DNA of 64,000 nucleotides from an uncultured virus (IMG/VR IMGVR_UViG_3300042808_000075). Lineage: Duplodnaviria > Heunggongvirae > Uroviricota > Caudoviricetes. Under the pieces are notes generated by a model. The model did no database searches, was not told the origin of the DNA, and saw only the letters and a program-made list of their open reading frames with translations. Location: IMG/VR virus record IMGVR_UViG_3300042808_000075. One strand, given 5' to 3'. Position numbers and translations under genes: made by a program. Shown one piece after another: positions 48,401 to 58,730 of this stretch (positions within the stretch are counted from its first letter, which is position 1; every line of letters begins with the position of its first letter).

Positions 48401-49030
48401 TTAAACTGCAATATTTTGATTATTGCCACATTCACCCAAATCAAATCCATCAGGAATATCAGTGAAGTTAAAAACAGTGCCAAGCAAAATAGTTTTACAA
48501 CCGCAAGCATAAATATTACCAAGTGGGTCAACGAATAAATCAGGACAAGCACAACCGTTTTTAGCATCTTTAATTTGTTTTGCTCGACCAATTTTTTTAA
48601 CGCTTTTTTCTACATTGCGTTTTTCTCTTAAATCATTATCTGATCTGTGATTAGATTCAAATGCTATTTTTACAGCATTGCTTACCATACTTGCATCATG
48701 GTATTTGTCAGTGCTTAATGCGCCGCAAATAACGCCTTTCCTTGCTAATCTGGCAATAATCAATGATTCTTTTTCCATACTACCATTTGTAGCTACAAAT
48801 GGTACACATTCGTCACAATCACTTTCCATGATAACTTTACCAAGAAAGTTCAAAAACAAAGGATGCAAAGTTGGCTCACCACCGCCAATAGCAATGGTAT
48901 CACCAAAATTGTTGGCAATTTCCAATGCTTTATTGAAAATTTCTTCTGTCATATCATTGCCCTTATCAGTGCAATCAAAACAACAGTGAGCGCATTTCAT
49001 GTTACAACGGTCAGTGATTTGAATATACAT
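48401..49030 (-). CDS. Radical SAM protein
   Basis: CNMKCAHC, GGGEPTLHP, ATNG, short C-terminal Cys cluster. Confidence 0.9.
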   Translation of the reverse strand: MYIQITDRCNMKCAHCCFDCTDKGNDMTEEIFNKALEIANNFGDTIAIGGGEPTLHPLFLNFLGKVIMESDCDECVPFVATNGSMEKESLIIARLARKGVICGALSTDKYHDASMVSNAVKIAFESNHRSDNDLREKRNVEKSVKKIGRAKQIKDAKNGCACPDLFVDPLGNIYACGCKTILLGTVFNFTDIPDGFDLGECGNNQNIAV

Positions 49031-49144
49031 TTTTCAAATCTCCTTTTTATTTATCTTATATTTTAATTATAGCATGTTAATTTACATTTGTAAAGTAAAA
49101 ATCATTACTACTTTGTTATCCTGTTTTTTACACTACCTTATTAT

Positions 49145-49591
49145 TTAATCTTTTGCTCCGCATTCTGACAGCATTGCATCACTTACAGCATCCATACCAG
49201 CATTGAAATCTAATTGGTTTTGAAATTCAGCATATTCCATTAAAAACATTTTGTATTTATTAGAAGATTTCCATTTTAATAAATCGTCACTAGAACATGC
49301 TTGTTCAAATATTTCTATATATTTAAGCATCATGTCATGTCCATTTATTACTTTTTCTTCCAATCCAATACATTGAATTTGATAATCAAAAGAATTCACA
49401 AAATCAATAAAATCATTATATAAAATGTCATTTAACTTTTTGCCATATTTTAAAGCATAAAGGTTATATAACAAAGCACCTTCTGTTTCATTTGAGCAGT
49501 AAGACCATATTTTTTGTTTGCCATTCACACATAATCTAATTTGCCAATGTTTAAATTTTTTATGCTATGTTACCCCTTTGTATTTGTTCAT
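49145..49591 (-). pseudogene. AP2-domain-like protein with in-frame TAG at codon 9
   Basis: MNKYKGVT*HKKFKHWQIRLCVNGKQK...EGALLYNLYALKY; RBS precedes ATG at 49591. Confidence 0.7.
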
Positions 49592-49684
49592 ACTATTAAT
49601 CACTCCTTTTTATATTTAAATGTTATTTTATAATTGCAAAGAAAAGCCAACATCTTATTGTACAATAAGATGTTGAAATGATTA

Positions 49685-49876
49685 TTATTTTACTTCTACA
49701 ATCGTCTTTAGTTCGTAAATGTCTCGCCATTCACTTCCACAATCATCACAGCTAATATCTTGCCATGCTTTAGCTTCTTCTGCATCAATTGTTCCAGCAG
49801 TAATGTATTTACTAGAGCAATAAGGGCAAATTGTGCCTTTAGCTTTAATGTAGTTTTTTATTTGCTTTTCTTCCAT
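49685..49876 (-). CDS. Small Zn-ribbon protein
   Basis: CPYC...CDDCGSEW. Confidence 0.85.
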   Translation of the reverse strand: MEEKQIKNYIKAKGTICPYCSSKYITAGTIDAEEAKAWQDISCDDCGSEWRDIYELKTIVEVK

Positions 49877-49962
49877 GTTAATTATCTCCTTTCTTTTATT
49901 AATTTAATTATAACACATTGTTTTACATTTTGTAAAGAAAAAAAGAGTAAAAACACTCTTTT

Positions 49963-50301
49963 TTATAAAGTCAATTCAATTTTTCCATCTTCTGATAAAA
50001 ATTTGTTATCATTGAAAGTGCCGGGATAAAAATAGTTATCATTTTTTAATTCGGCATATTTAGTGTGATTGTAAATAGATAAAGTAAAGTTTTGTTTTTC
50101 GTATTTACATTTCAATTGCTTAACCAATGTTCTTTTTCTGTCAAATGCAATAACCTTTCCATTTTCATCAATCACCCGATAATTCCTGTCACATTTGAAC
50201 CTTAATGAAAACATATTAGAACATTCCATTGCTATTACACAATCTTTTGTTTCCAAAATAGGCTCCCAAAAACCATGATAATCATGTTCAACTTTAAACA
50301 T
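49963..50301 (-). CDS. Hypothetical protein
   Basis: 112 aa, AAGGAGG RBS. Confidence 0.8.
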   Translation of the reverse strand: MFKVEHDYHGFWEPILETKDCVIAMECSNMFSLRFKCDRNYRVIDENGKVIAFDRKRTLVKQLKCKYEKQNFTLSIYNHTKYAELKNDNYFYPGTFNDNKFLSEDGKIELTL

Positions 50302-50402
50302 TTACATTTTCCTCCTTAAAAATATGTTGCGTATACTACAGAAGAATCAAAACTAAAATTACGTTGCAAATTTTGTTCCAAAGCATATCTTGTTTGTATT
50401 TT

Positions 50403-50678
50403 TTATGTTTGTTTTTTCAATGCGCTAATTTTTGCTAATACTGCATTACCTGTTCCAGTAGGTTGGAACTTGTTGTGAAGGTATTCAATTTGCAACATTG
50501 CTTCTTCTAATAATTCTTTAACGTCAAACATTTCTTTTTGCGCTTGTTCTACCAGTAAAAGACGTTCTTTCCTTTCTTCACATTCTTTACATTTTCTAAT
50601 AACATGGCATTCACAATTGTATGTGTCGCTGTTATATGCAGAAATCAACTCTTCTGTTTTTACTAATAACATTTTCAT
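50403..50678 (-). CDS. Hypothetical protein
   Basis: 91 aa; cassette. Confidence 0.8.
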   Translation of the reverse strand: MKMLLVKTEELISAYNSDTYNCECHVIRKCKECEERKERLLLVEQAQKEMFDVKELLEEAMLQIEYLHNKFQPTGTGNAVLAKISALKKQT

Positions 50679-50730
50679 TCTCCTTTTTTATTTTAATTAT
50701 AACATATTGATTTACATTTGTAAAGAAAAA

Positions 50731-50970
50731 TTATCGCGCTAGTTTGCAAAATTTATCAATAACACGCTCTGCTAAATTCCAAACTGGATAATTAACATCT
50801 TTATATGATTCTGCATTTGCGATTTTTTCCCAAACAGCACTTTCAATTTCACTCATTTTTTCATATGCTTTATCAATATTATTCCCTCTTACTGCATTTA
50901 GTTGTCGTTTTTTCCATCGTGCTAATTGCTTGTTTAAATCTTTTTCTTCTTCTTTTGAATAATACGTCAT
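50731..50970 (-). CDS. Hypothetical protein
   Basis: 79 aa, RBS. Confidence 0.8.
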   Translation of the reverse strand: MTYYSKEEEKDLNKQLARWKKRQLNAVRGNNIDKAYEKMSEIESAVWEKIANAESYKDVNYPVWNLAERVIDKFCKLAR

Positions 50971-50972
50971 AA

Positions 50973-51671
50973 TTATACTCCTTTAAAAATATGTTGTATT
51001 GGATTTTTAATATTGCATTTAATAAAACACAATTCTGATTTTGTAATGATGTAATAAACAATATATAAAAAATTAATTGACCAATTATTTTTAAGACTTT
51101 TATATTGTTTAATACTATCAAATATTTCTTGATTAGAAAGCGTATTGAAATATTCTATTTCATTTTTATACTTTGGTTTCATTGACATATATGACTTTAT
51201 TTTGTAAAATAAAACAAATCTTTCAAAAGCAGTTTCGCATTTATCCCATACCAATTCCGCGCCTATTTGATCTGCATAATCTTCTAAAAATTTATGTTCC
51301 TCTTCTGTTTTGTTTTTTTCTATAACATTGTCAATGTTTTTATAGTAAAAATAGTGTCCTAATTCGTGTGCCAACGTCATTAAATTATTTGATTTTTTAA
51401 TTTTTATTTTTTCTGGTCTTGAAAATTTTAATGTTTTACGATTAATAAAAAAAGTAAATTCACCAGAAAGTTCACCAATATCTTGATTGTAAAAAACAGG
51501 TATATTATTTTCTTTTGCAATCTTTAATAATTTATGTTCTAGTTTTTTTATGATTTGTTTTTTATTTTTTTCACTTAATGAAGGGAGTCGAATTTCTATT
51601 AAAGCTAACTCAATAAAAGCACATATTAAAAATATTACTAAAACACATAAAAGCCAAACAAAAAGAAACAT
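50973..51671 (-). CDS. Membrane-anchored ImmA/IrrE-like metallopeptidase
   Basis: N-terminal TM helix; TLAHELGH; E..AD..G. Confidence 0.75.
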   Translation of the reverse strand: MFLFVWLLCVLVIFLICAFIELALIEIRLPSLSEKNKKQIIKKLEHKLLKIAKENNIPVFYNQDIGELSGEFTFFINRKTLKFSRPEKIKIKKSNNLMTLAHELGHYFYYKNIDNVIEKNKTEEEHKFLEDYADQIGAELVWDKCETAFERFVLFYKIKSYMSMKPKYKNEIEYFNTLSNQEIFDSIKQYKSLKNNWSINFLYIVYYIITKSELCFIKCNIKNPIQHIFKGV

Positions 51672-51685
51672 AATTAAATACTCCT

Positions 51686-52129
51686 TTATTTTACTGGTTT
51701 AAAACTACGCATACATACACAATAACCACCACATGGATAATTATTATTTCCACCAAACATACTAATACATTCACTAATTACAAATAAAAAACCATCAAAA
51801 CTTTTGTTATTTTTAAATGCTTTTTCTAGTTTATTTAAATCAATTTCAACATTATTAAAAACAGGAACGTGAGTGAAAACACCAAAATTAATAACTTTTT
51901 CAACGGCATAATTACCAAATTGTGCAACTATGGATTTGTTGTTTTTTTCTGTTTGATATAGTGTTTCAGTTTCCCATAAGGTTAATTCATATTTTGTACC
52001 ATCATACGTAGTACAATATAAAATATGTCTTTTGCGATCAATATCATTATAAATAAAACTATTTTTACAAGCTTGGATTGTTTTCCCAATATATTTTTCT
52101 TCCTTTAATCCTACAATTTTTAAAATCAT
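51686..52129 (-). CDS. Hypothetical protein
   Basis: 147 aa; cassette. Confidence 0.8.
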   Translation of the reverse strand: MILKIVGLKEEKYIGKTIQACKNSFIYNDIDRKRHILYCTTYDGTKYELTLWETETLYQTEKNNKSIVAQFGNYAVEKVINFGVFTHVPVFNNVEIDLNKLEKAFKNNKSFDGFLFVISECISMFGGNNNYPCGGYCVCMRSFKPVK

Positions 52130-52251
52130 TTTATTATCTCCTTTTTAATTATGATTCATTATAACATATTTTTTTACGGTTGTAAAGTAAAAATTGAATT
52201 TACATATTTTACTATAAATAAAAAGCCACCTTTTACAGTGGCTTTTTTTGT

Positions 52252-54498
52252 TTAGCACAATACAGTTTCTTTTTCTGTTTTGATAATCAAAGTCTTTCCA
52301 TCTTTAGTGAATTCGTATTCATTTTTGTCATTCAATTCACCTTTGAAATTGTCACCAGTTAATACTTTTGCCATTTTTGCAGTGTTTAATTTAACACGCA
52401 ATTTAAACAATTTCCGTCTAACTTCTTGTTGTTGTGTTTGTAAAATTTCCATATCTTTTTTGGCATCTTCCACCGACAATCCCATGATATAATCATAGTT
52501 CTTTTTCAACATGCTTTCATTTTCATTCAGTTTTGCTTCTTTGCCTTTTTCTTTTGCCGCAGTGATTTTCTTTTCTACAGCATTCAAAGAAGGAATAGTA
52601 GAACGGCCTTTAATATACATACTTAACGCTCTGGTTTCATAACTATCTTTTTCTTCATCAGGAACAGCATCAGCCGTTGCTAGTGCATTGTAAGTCATTT
52701 TGTCGTTAAGGCCATGTTTAATTAAAATTTCAATTTGTTTTTCGTTATAGTTAGCAAAACCGTTTTGTTGCATAACAGAAGTGTCATTTGCTTTCAATAG
52801 CTTAATTTGATCATTAACGACTTTCTGCAAAGTTTGCAATTCCAATTCTTCTTCAATGCTTTTCAAGGCGAATTCAGAATCACAGTCCTTAATATATAGA
52901 CGATTAATAACTGGAATGTTTTCAAAATTAACTTCAAATTTTTTCATTTCTTTGCCATTTTCCATGACAAAATCTGCTACATTCTCAACAAGATTGTTTT
53001 CATCATTGGAAACACCTTGCAATTTAGCCAGAGTTTCTCCATCAGCAACAACAGTAATTTTTTCCATATTCAAATTGCCATCTTTGATAATGGTATGGTA
53101 ACGGTAAATATTTGCATTAATTTCTTTCGGCAAATCAAATTGTTTGGCTTCAACAGGGTTAATTTTTACTTTACCAGTAAACATGATTTGCAAGGAAAGA
53201 TTTAGTTTTTCTTTATTGAATGTGAAAGAGGAAATAGGATTCAAAAATTCTTTTTTATCCATTTCAAACAAATTGAATGTGTCAACTTTTTGTGCAGTGA
53301 TTCTTTTGTAGTTTTTTGTCGGCGTATAAAAAGCATCACCATCTGCCAGCATTTGCAGTACATCCATTACGCACAATGCATCGTCGGCAGGAATATAATC
53401 TGCTGAACATTTACCAGTTTTAAATCTGTTTTTAGGTTGAAATACATTGCGGCGAAGAATTGCGCTATATGTTCCCACTTCATCAACAGTAAACGCATTA
53501 ATTTGTTTATCAACCAAGAATTTATCATTGATGTTTTTACCAATAATATCCAGTGCAAATTGGCGATTGTTATTGTAATATTGCAGATATGCATAGGCAT
53601 AAAGAATATTCAATTGTGTAGCATCAGGAATGGATTTTTTGATATCTTTTGAATTGAATGTTTCGCCATTGTATTCAAATTCAAAATTTTCATTGCTAAT
53701 AATGATGAATTGATTCTTTTCTTTATTCAAACGCGAGAACACCATTTCATTTTCCCGCATCAAGCAATTATTTCTTGACAGATACATAATGTCTGTATTG
53801 TCAGCAGAAACTTTAACAGATTCCAAAACCAAATCAGAAATCCGATCAAAATTCTGCGACCAAATATCCATGTATTCATTAATGTTTTTACTGTGAATAA
53901 ATTGACCAAATTCAGTTTGTTGTGCCATGTTTCTGAGCAAGTCTTGATTGTAATACCAACCATAACCAACGGTATTCAATGCAATAACTTTATTTTTGAA
54001 CAGTTCAATGGCAGAAAAGATTCGTTTTTCTTCTTCCGCAATACTCCAATCAACTACCGGGCATCCATCAGTAAAGAAGGTTACATTGAAGTTCGGACAA
54101 ATCATTGCCAAATCAGCAATAATTTCATTTACATCATGTAAAACTTCGCTGAAACAAGTCAGACCGACAGTAGAACGAAGGGAATTGAGGACTGTTTTTA
54201 ATGATTCGTCATTTTTTGCACCTTTGATAACAGTTTTATGTTGACCTTTGCCAGAGAACCAAAGCACTGATACAAAATCATTGGCATCAATTTTTTCCAA
54301 AGTTGCTTCAACGTTATCAATCAACTGATTGATAGAATCAGACATAGAACCAGAACGATCAAGTACATGAATGTGGTGTAATTGATTTACTGCAAGATTC
54401 TCTTTTGCTGGTTGCATTTTGTGTGAAATACAAACCACTGTTTTTTTATTTTTACCGATATTAATTTCAGATTTGTACATATTGGACGTATTAGTCAT
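52252..54498 (-). CDS. Von Willebrand factor A domain protein
   Basis: MIDAS DRSGSM, FFTDG, TVGYG..YN..LL..MA. Confidence 0.88.
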   Translation of the reverse strand: MTNTSNMYKSEINIGKNKKTVVCISHKMQPAKENLAVNQLHHIHVLDRSGSMSDSINQLIDNVEATLEKIDANDFVSVLWFSGKGQHKTVIKGAKNDESLKTVLNSLRSTVGLTCFSEVLHDVNEIIADLAMICPNFNVTFFTDGCPVVDWSIAEEEKRIFSAIELFKNKVIALNTVGYGWYYNQDLLRNMAQQTEFGQFIHSKNINEYMDIWSQNFDRISDLVLESVKVSADNTDIMYLSRNNCLMRENEMVFSRLNKEKNQFIIISNENFEFEYNGETFNSKDIKKSIPDATQLNILYAYAYLQYYNNNRQFALDIIGKNINDKFLVDKQINAFTVDEVGTYSAILRRNVFQPKNRFKTGKCSADYIPADDALCVMDVLQMLADGDAFYTPTKNYKRITAQKVDTFNLFEMDKKEFLNPISSFTFNKEKLNLSLQIMFTGKVKINPVEAKQFDLPKEINANIYRYHTIIKDGNLNMEKITVVADGETLAKLQGVSNDENNLVENVADFVMENGKEMKKFEVNFENIPVINRLYIKDCDSEFALKSIEEELELQTLQKVVNDQIKLLKANDTSVMQQNGFANYNEKQIEILIKHGLNDKMTYNALATADAVPDEEKDSYETRALSMYIKGRSTIPSLNAVEKKITAAKEKGKEAKLNENESMLKKNYDYIMGLSVEDAKKDMEILQTQQQEVRRKLFKLRVKLNTAKMAKVLTGDNFKGELNDKNEYEFTKDGKTLIIKTEKETVLC

Positions 54499-54574
54499 TT
54501 TGTTTTGTCTCCTTTGTTTTTAGTTTATACTTTATTATAACATTTTTCTTTAAATTTGTAAACAAAAAATAGTG

Positions 54575-54868
54575 TTATTTAATCAATTCAACAAGTTCAG
54601 CAAAACCTTCCTCTATAGAAGGAAAACTTTTATTATTATTACGGGCAATTTCAAATGCTTTATTACGCTTACAATTATCAGATACACCATATTTTTCAAA
54701 CAAATCTTGTTTGAAAACTTCTTCAATTCCCATGATTTTCTTTCTGATATTTTCCAAATATTCACTATATGTTTCTGCTGTTTGTTTTTTAATAAAATCC
54801 TTTTCATCAATCAAAGGGAATTCTTTATCAATGTTTTCTTGCATTGTCTTATATTTATTGAAATCCAT
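54575..54868 (-). CDS. Hypothetical protein (family with 6586 and 26201)
   Basis: EEVFKQDLFEKYGV. Confidence 0.8.
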   Translation of the reverse strand: MDFNKYKTMQENIDKEFPLIDEKDFIKKQTAETYSEYLENIRKKIMGIEEVFKQDLFEKYGVSDNCKRNKAFEIARNNNKSFPSIEEGFAELVELIK

Positions 54869-54933
54869 TTTACTTATTCTCCTTTTTTATTTTAATTATA
54901 ACACTTAATTTATATTATTTGTAAATAAAATTT

Positions 54934-55236
54934 TCATTCTAATATATCAATTAATTTTAAAGACAACCTTTGCAATATTTTTTCTGTAATAATTTGTTTT
55001 CTACTATGAAAGTCATTATCATCAAAAAAACAAACATATTGTTTAAATGAAAACTTATTATCATCTATAGAGCAACAACCTAAAAAACCTATTTCATCAT
55101 TAAAAAAATCACATATTTCATATTGATTCCTTAAAAATAAACATTTTGCAATATGATCTATATTGTTACTACTGCCAATATGTAAAATATTCAACCTTCT
55201 ATTAGGTACTTTAATAAATTTAATTAACTTTTCCAT
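54934..55236 (-). CDS. Hypothetical protein, leaderless; paralog of 56023..56325
   Basis: ATG 6 nt after TATAAT, no SD. Confidence 0.75.
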   Translation of the reverse strand: MEKLIKFIKVPNRRLNILHIGSSNNIDHIAKCLFLRNQYEICDFFNDEIGFLGCCSIDDNKFSFKQYVCFFDDNDFHSRKQIITEKILQRLSLKLIDILE

Positions 55237-55305
55237 ATAATCATTATATCATAATAATCATGTTTATGTAAAGAAAAAACAAAAGGTAATTTACCTTTTG
55301 CTTTT

Positions 55306-55593
55306 TTACATAAATTGAGAACATGTGTCATATTTTGATACAATTGATGCATCTTTTTCGCATCGATAATTAAAATCATTGTAGTGCATATTGTTGCAAT
55401 TCATACAATTATTTTCACCAATTTCTTCTTTGCAATCAGGACATAAACAAAGTTTACCGTCATGCCAACCTTCATTGTTTATTTTTTTTCTAATTACATT
55501 TAAATTTAAATTATCTTTTAAACTTTGTTTTTGAAATTCCAATTCAAGATCATTCAAACAATTATCACATTGAATTGTTAGAGTACAGCGCAT
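55306..55593 (-). CDS. Cys-rich Zn-binding protein
   Basis: CDNC, CPDC, CMNC. Confidence 0.8.
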   Translation of the reverse strand: MRCTLTIQCDNCLNDLELEFQKQSLKDNLNLNVIRKKINNEGWHDGKLCLCPDCKEEIGENNCMNCNNMHYNDFNYRCEKDASIVSKYDTCSQFM

Positions 55594-55931
55594 TTTTGTT
55601 CTCCTTTATTGGTTTGTACAATATCCAAAGTACAGCCGTTTTTCAACATTTCAAAAACAATAACTTCATCAGGGTATGCTTGTATTTTTTCTCCATTTTC
55701 AAGTTCAATTTCCCACATAGGCAAAGAACATAAATCACATTCTGATTCGGTTAATTGCTTTAAAACTTTAAAAGGTATACCGTTGTATTTTTCGTAATCA
55801 CTACTTAGGCTCCAAAAAACTTTCGAAAATCCTTTTTCTTCATAAAAAACAAACCAATCTTTAACAAATTCTCGTTCCATTTCTAAACTCATGTCATCAC
55901 GATCAATAGGGTATTTTTCTTTTAAGTCCAT
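55578..55931 (-). CDS. Hypothetical protein (start revised to MDLKE)
   Basis: LPMWEIELENGEKIQAYPDEV; AAGGAG RBS. Confidence 0.8.
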   Translation of the reverse strand: MDLKEKYPIDRDDMSLEMEREFVKDWFVFYEEKGFSKVFWSLSSDYEKYNGIPFKVLKQLTESECDLCSLPMWEIELENGEKIQAYPDEVIVFEMLKNGCTLDIVQTNKGEQKCAVL

Positions 55932-56022
55932 TTTTATTCTCCTTATTCTATATCTTTCCCAAGACAATCATTTTGTTTGTGTTTTAATTATAGTATATTA
56001 ATTAATATTTGTCAAGAAAAAA

Positions 56023-56325
56023 CTATTTCAATGTATCTATTAATGTTAAAGATAATCTTTGTAATATTTTTTCTGTAATAATCTGTTTTCTACTATGAAA
56101 ATCATTATCATCAAAAAAACAAACATATTGATTAAATGGTAATTGTTCATTATCTATATAACAACAATCTAAAAATCCTATTTCATCATTAAAAAAATAA
56201 CGTATTTCATATCGATTCCTTAAAAATAAACATTTTGCAATATGGTCAATATCGTTATTACCACCAATATATAAAACATTCAACCTTCTATTAGGTACTT
56301 TGATGAATTTAATTAAATTTTCCAT
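56023..56325 (-). CDS. Hypothetical protein, leaderless; paralog of 54934..55236
   Basis: Start MENLIKF 6 nt after TATAAT. Confidence 0.75.
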   Translation of the reverse strand: MENLIKFIKVPNRRLNVLYIGGNNDIDHIAKCLFLRNRYEIRYFFNDEIGFLDCCYIDNEQLPFNQYVCFFDDNDFHSRKQIITEKILQRLSLTLIDTLK

Positions 56326-56394
56326 ATACTTATTATAACACAATAATTCTAATTATGTAAAGAAAAAACAAAAGGTAAATTACCTTTTGTTTTT

Positions 56395-56464
56395 TTGCGT
56401 AAACTGAGGACATGTATCATATTTTGATATAATGATCACATTCAATAGTTAAAGTACAATTCAT
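56395..56464 (-). pseudogene. Internally deleted remnant of the 55306..55593 gene
   Basis: MNCTLTIECD joined out of frame to SKYDTCPQF. Confidence 0.7.
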
Positions 56465-56491
56465 TTATTAATCCCTCCCAATATAGTATTT

Positions 56492-57493
56492 TTAGACAAC
56501 TTCATTAAGTTTTTTATATGCGACTTGAAAATTTTGTCGCATATATGAAATGATTTTTTCTTCTGTGATAATAGAAATAGTTTGATTAAAATCAATACTT
56601 TGTAATTCGATTTTAAACTGTGTAAACCAATTGTTTAAAATTTCTTCTGTAATCGTTTCACTACTAATAATAGTTTTAAATTTATCATAATATTTTTCAT
56701 ACAACTTAAAGCATTTATATGTTTCCAGTAATTTATTGTCATTAGCTTTTATTTGTCTAACTAAATTTTCCATTAATTTTTTTTCAGAAGTAAAAATATT
56801 GTTATTAAAACTCAAACGAATAAACGGCGTACAAATATATATACGATATTCTTTTTTGTTTGCGTAAGAATTTTTTGAAATAACAAATTCAAGTTTGCTT
56901 TTGTTGTCTTTATGATAAAGAGTTTTTTTATAGCTATCTTTCCAAACATCAATACATTTATATGAAGAAAGATACCAATTTGTTTTGTTATATTTTTCTT
57001 CTATGATTTTTTCAAAATCTTCAATCGAAATATTTGATTTGAAATACTTTGTTAATTCTTTAAAATATTTTTCAGAACATGTCAGTGATTCTTCATCAAA
57101 TTGTAAAGCAAAACTCACTTTTTGATTGTTGTTAAAAACATATTCTGCCAATTTAAAATTATCTTCTGTAATGGTAATGTTTTTTTTGCCATAGTAATAA
57201 ATTGTAACTGTATCTTTTGTGATATTGTATTCATAAGTGTAATCACAATAAAAATCGTTTTCTTGCGACAGTTTTGTTTTATTATACCAGCAAAAGTCAA
57301 AACCTTCAATATCTTTTTGATAGTTTTCATAATCATTCATTTTATCAATTAGCTTTTCAAATCCAAAATCATTTCTAGTTTGAAAAGCTTTTAATACATC
57401 CAGACCTAAATTACTAAAGTAGCTATCACTATTTGAATATGCTACCTTTACAATTTTACCGTTTTTAATAATAACCACATATCCTCTAGTCAT
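56492..57493 (-). CDS. Hypothetical protein
   Basis: 333 aa; YSNSDSYFSNLG resembles 35774. Confidence 0.85.
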   Translation of the reverse strand: MTRGYVVIIKNGKIVKVAYSNSDSYFSNLGLDVLKAFQTRNDFGFEKLIDKMNDYENYQKDIEGFDFCWYNKTKLSQENDFYCDYTYEYNITKDTVTIYYYGKKNITITEDNFKLAEYVFNNNQKVSFALQFDEESLTCSEKYFKELTKYFKSNISIEDFEKIIEEKYNKTNWYLSSYKCIDVWKDSYKKTLYHKDNKSKLEFVISKNSYANKKEYRIYICTPFIRLSFNNNIFTSEKKLMENLVRQIKANDNKLLETYKCFKLYEKYYDKFKTIISSETITEEILNNWFTQFKIELQSIDFNQTISIITEEKIISYMRQNFQVAYKKLNEVV

Positions 57494-57574
57494 TTCTTAA
57501 TCTCCTTTTTTATTTTAATTATAACACACATATATACAATTGTAAAGAAAAAATAACCAAAAATTACTTTTTGG

Positions 57575-57721
57575 TTATTTTACAGAACATGGTCTAACAG
57601 AAATTTTCTCAACTAATTCAATCTTATATGCTTTAGCAAATTGTTGTTTAGCGGTTTCACAACAGTTTGCATATGATACGCAAATTGGTTGACCATTGTA
57701 TGAAATTTCTACTTTTTTCAC
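57575..57721 (-). CDS. 48-aa protein, possibly related to the 4407/11161 family
   Basis: GGGGTG RBS, GTG start; YNGQ...YAN..ETAKQQFAK. Confidence 0.6.
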   Translation of the reverse strand: MKKVEISYNGQPICVSYANCCETAKQQFAKAYKIELVEKISVRPCSVK

Positions 57722-57825
57722 TTTACTTTCACCCCGTTTGTAATACAATTAATACATTTATTATTGACTTTTATAACAGCCAACTCTTTTATTATACTAC
57801 AAATGAAGTTTTTTGTAAAGCTTTT

Positions 57826-58161
57826 TTAAGAAATATTTATATCTTTAATGTTTTGCAAATTATATTTAACTGTCATTTTATTATTAAATCCTTCAAAAAA
57901 ATACTGACCAATTATTGCAGAAAATGTTATTGTTTTATTATATAGTTTTTTATAATCTTTACCTAATTCTTTAGCTTTTATCCAAACATGTTGTGCAGAT
58001 AATTCTTCTGGATTATCTGTATCAATAACATTAGTTAATAAAACAGTTGGTTCTATAATCCCTCTAGTAGTAAAACCAAATTTTGTTATTTTTGCAACAA
58101 AATTTTTTCTTTCTCCACAATAAGATTTAAATCGTCTTATATGTTCTTTCTGTTGTATCAT
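57826..58161 (-). CDS. Hypothetical protein, paralog of 47995..48321
   Basis: KFG...PTVLLTNV...QHVWI. Confidence 0.8.
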   Translation of the reverse strand: MIQQKEHIRRFKSYCGERKNFVAKITKFGFTTRGIIEPTVLLTNVIDTDNPEELSAQHVWIKAKELGKDYKKLYNKTITFSAIIGQYFFEGFNNKMTVKYNLQNIKDINIS

Positions 58162-58162
58162 T

Positions 58163-58211
58163 AAAAATCACACCTTTTTTATTTTATTGTAATAAAAAAG
58201 GTGTGATTTTT
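58163..58211. promoter_or_regulatory. 21-bp perfect hairpin covering the SD of 57826..58161
   Basis: AAAAATCACACCTTTTTTATT / AATAAAAAAGGTGTGATTTTT. Confidence 0.7.
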
Positions 58212-58643
58212 TTAAATTAATGGCATTTTGTATTGTACATCTTCAATTTTTTCAAAAATTTCCTTTGCCAGTTTTACACTGGCTTCATTCCTTCCATCAT
58301 AATGCTCTAAGTTTGCACAATATTTTAACCAAGAGATGCAAACATTAGTAAAGACTTGTTGCAATGTTCTATGCTCCTTGCCAATTGATTGAATAAGTGC
58401 GTCAATACTCTTGCCGCTATTAAGATAATTCATTATTTGTTTTGTTAATTCTTTTGTTTGTTGTTCATCTTTGCTTTTTCGATTAATATCAATAATATTA
58501 TGATACCTGTCAGAATTTACAGTCGTTTCCCCACAATTGCATTTATAAACAGTATTGTTTTGATCAGAAAAATCAGGCTGTAATTCTTCTTCACATTTTG
58601 CGCAAACACCTTTAAATCCATTATAAGTTTCAATTACTTTCAT
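58212..58643 (-). CDS. Hypothetical phage protein
   Basis: CxxC..CxC, then EHRTLQQ..DGRNEAS. Confidence 0.85.
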   Translation of the reverse strand: MKVIETYNGFKGVCAKCEEELQPDFSDQNNTVYKCNCGETTVNSDRYHNIIDINRKSKDEQQTKELTKQIMNYLNSGKSIDALIQSIGKEHRTLQQVFTNVCISWLKYCANLEHYDGRNEASVKLAKEIFEKIEDVQYKMPLI

Positions 58644-58730
58644 TGTGTTAATCCTCCTTTGTTTTATAATTTATTATAACATATAAATTAACAATTGTAA
58701 ATAAAAAACCACCTATTAGGTGGTTTTAAT

